A stretch of DNA of 64,000 bases from Lytechinus pictus. Lineage: Eukaryota. The stretch is from NCBI RefSeq assembly GCF_037042905.1, contig NC_087245.1:24740001-24804000 (forward strand), read 5' to 3'. Numbering within the stretch: position 1 is the stretch's first letter; the number at the start of each line of letters is the position of its first letter. The notes under the pieces were generated by a model. The model was given only the letters and a program-made list of their open reading frames with translations, had not been told where the DNA came from and did not search any database. This document shows, in pieces, positions 63,539-64,000 of the stretch. The position numbers were made by a program, and so were the translations under genes.

Positions 63539-64000
63539 ATTTATTTAGACTGGTACTATCAAGATAGACATCTGTCAAATGAAACTTTTTTTGCGATGGG
63601 AAATCACACAAGATTCGTTCGTGAGGTCGTGTTAAGACTTTACGAATCATCATGTATCATATCCTTTTTGCAGTGGAGGACGTGGCGATTTCTTTACTCA
63701 GAAGAAAAGGCAAGCAACCAGTGGACCGAAGGCCTAAGTTACTCTCTAATGCTGTTGTAGATGTTCACCCTGATGAAGAATTGGTTGAAACAAAAGAGAA
63801 AAATACAACAAAACGTTAGCAAAGTTTCAATTAAAAATCAAAGAAATAACAGTTATGATTTTTTGTAACAATAGTGGGTCTAATTTTATATTCATCGAAC
63901 AAAATAAAATCGCTTTCAAAATTTTGAGAAAGTTGCATTATTTTTTTCATATCACACCGACGTATGGACATGACGGAGGAGCCTGCTCGTTTGTGAAGTC

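Overview
Eukaryotic, AT-rich, intron- and repeat-rich DNA. The repeat landscape suggests an invertebrate deuterostome, probably a sea urchin (inference). One large plus-strand gene can be rebuilt by hand from GT-AG splice sites with consistent phases (about 17794-57547, 26 coding exons). It encodes an ADAMTS metalloprotease: signal peptide, M12B prodomain, catalytic domain (HETGHNLNLHHD plus Met-turn), disintegrin-like, TSR, Cys-rich, spacer, 2 TSR, optional Ser/Thr-rich mucin exon, 2 CUB. Main points of interest: (1) the mucin exon can be skipped, spliced internally, or read through to a GPI/TM-like hydrophobic tail, suggesting secreted CUB-tailed and membrane-tethered isoforms; (2) a 173-bp intronic retroposon with a 7SL/Alu-like head and a perfect 12-bp TSD; (3) a near-perfect ~1.46-kb (A-B)4-A array bounded by a 4-bp TSD. 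The rest is non-autonomous DNA elements, a Helentron-like element, tRNA-derived SINEs and microsatellites. Most ORFs in the supplied track are spurious.
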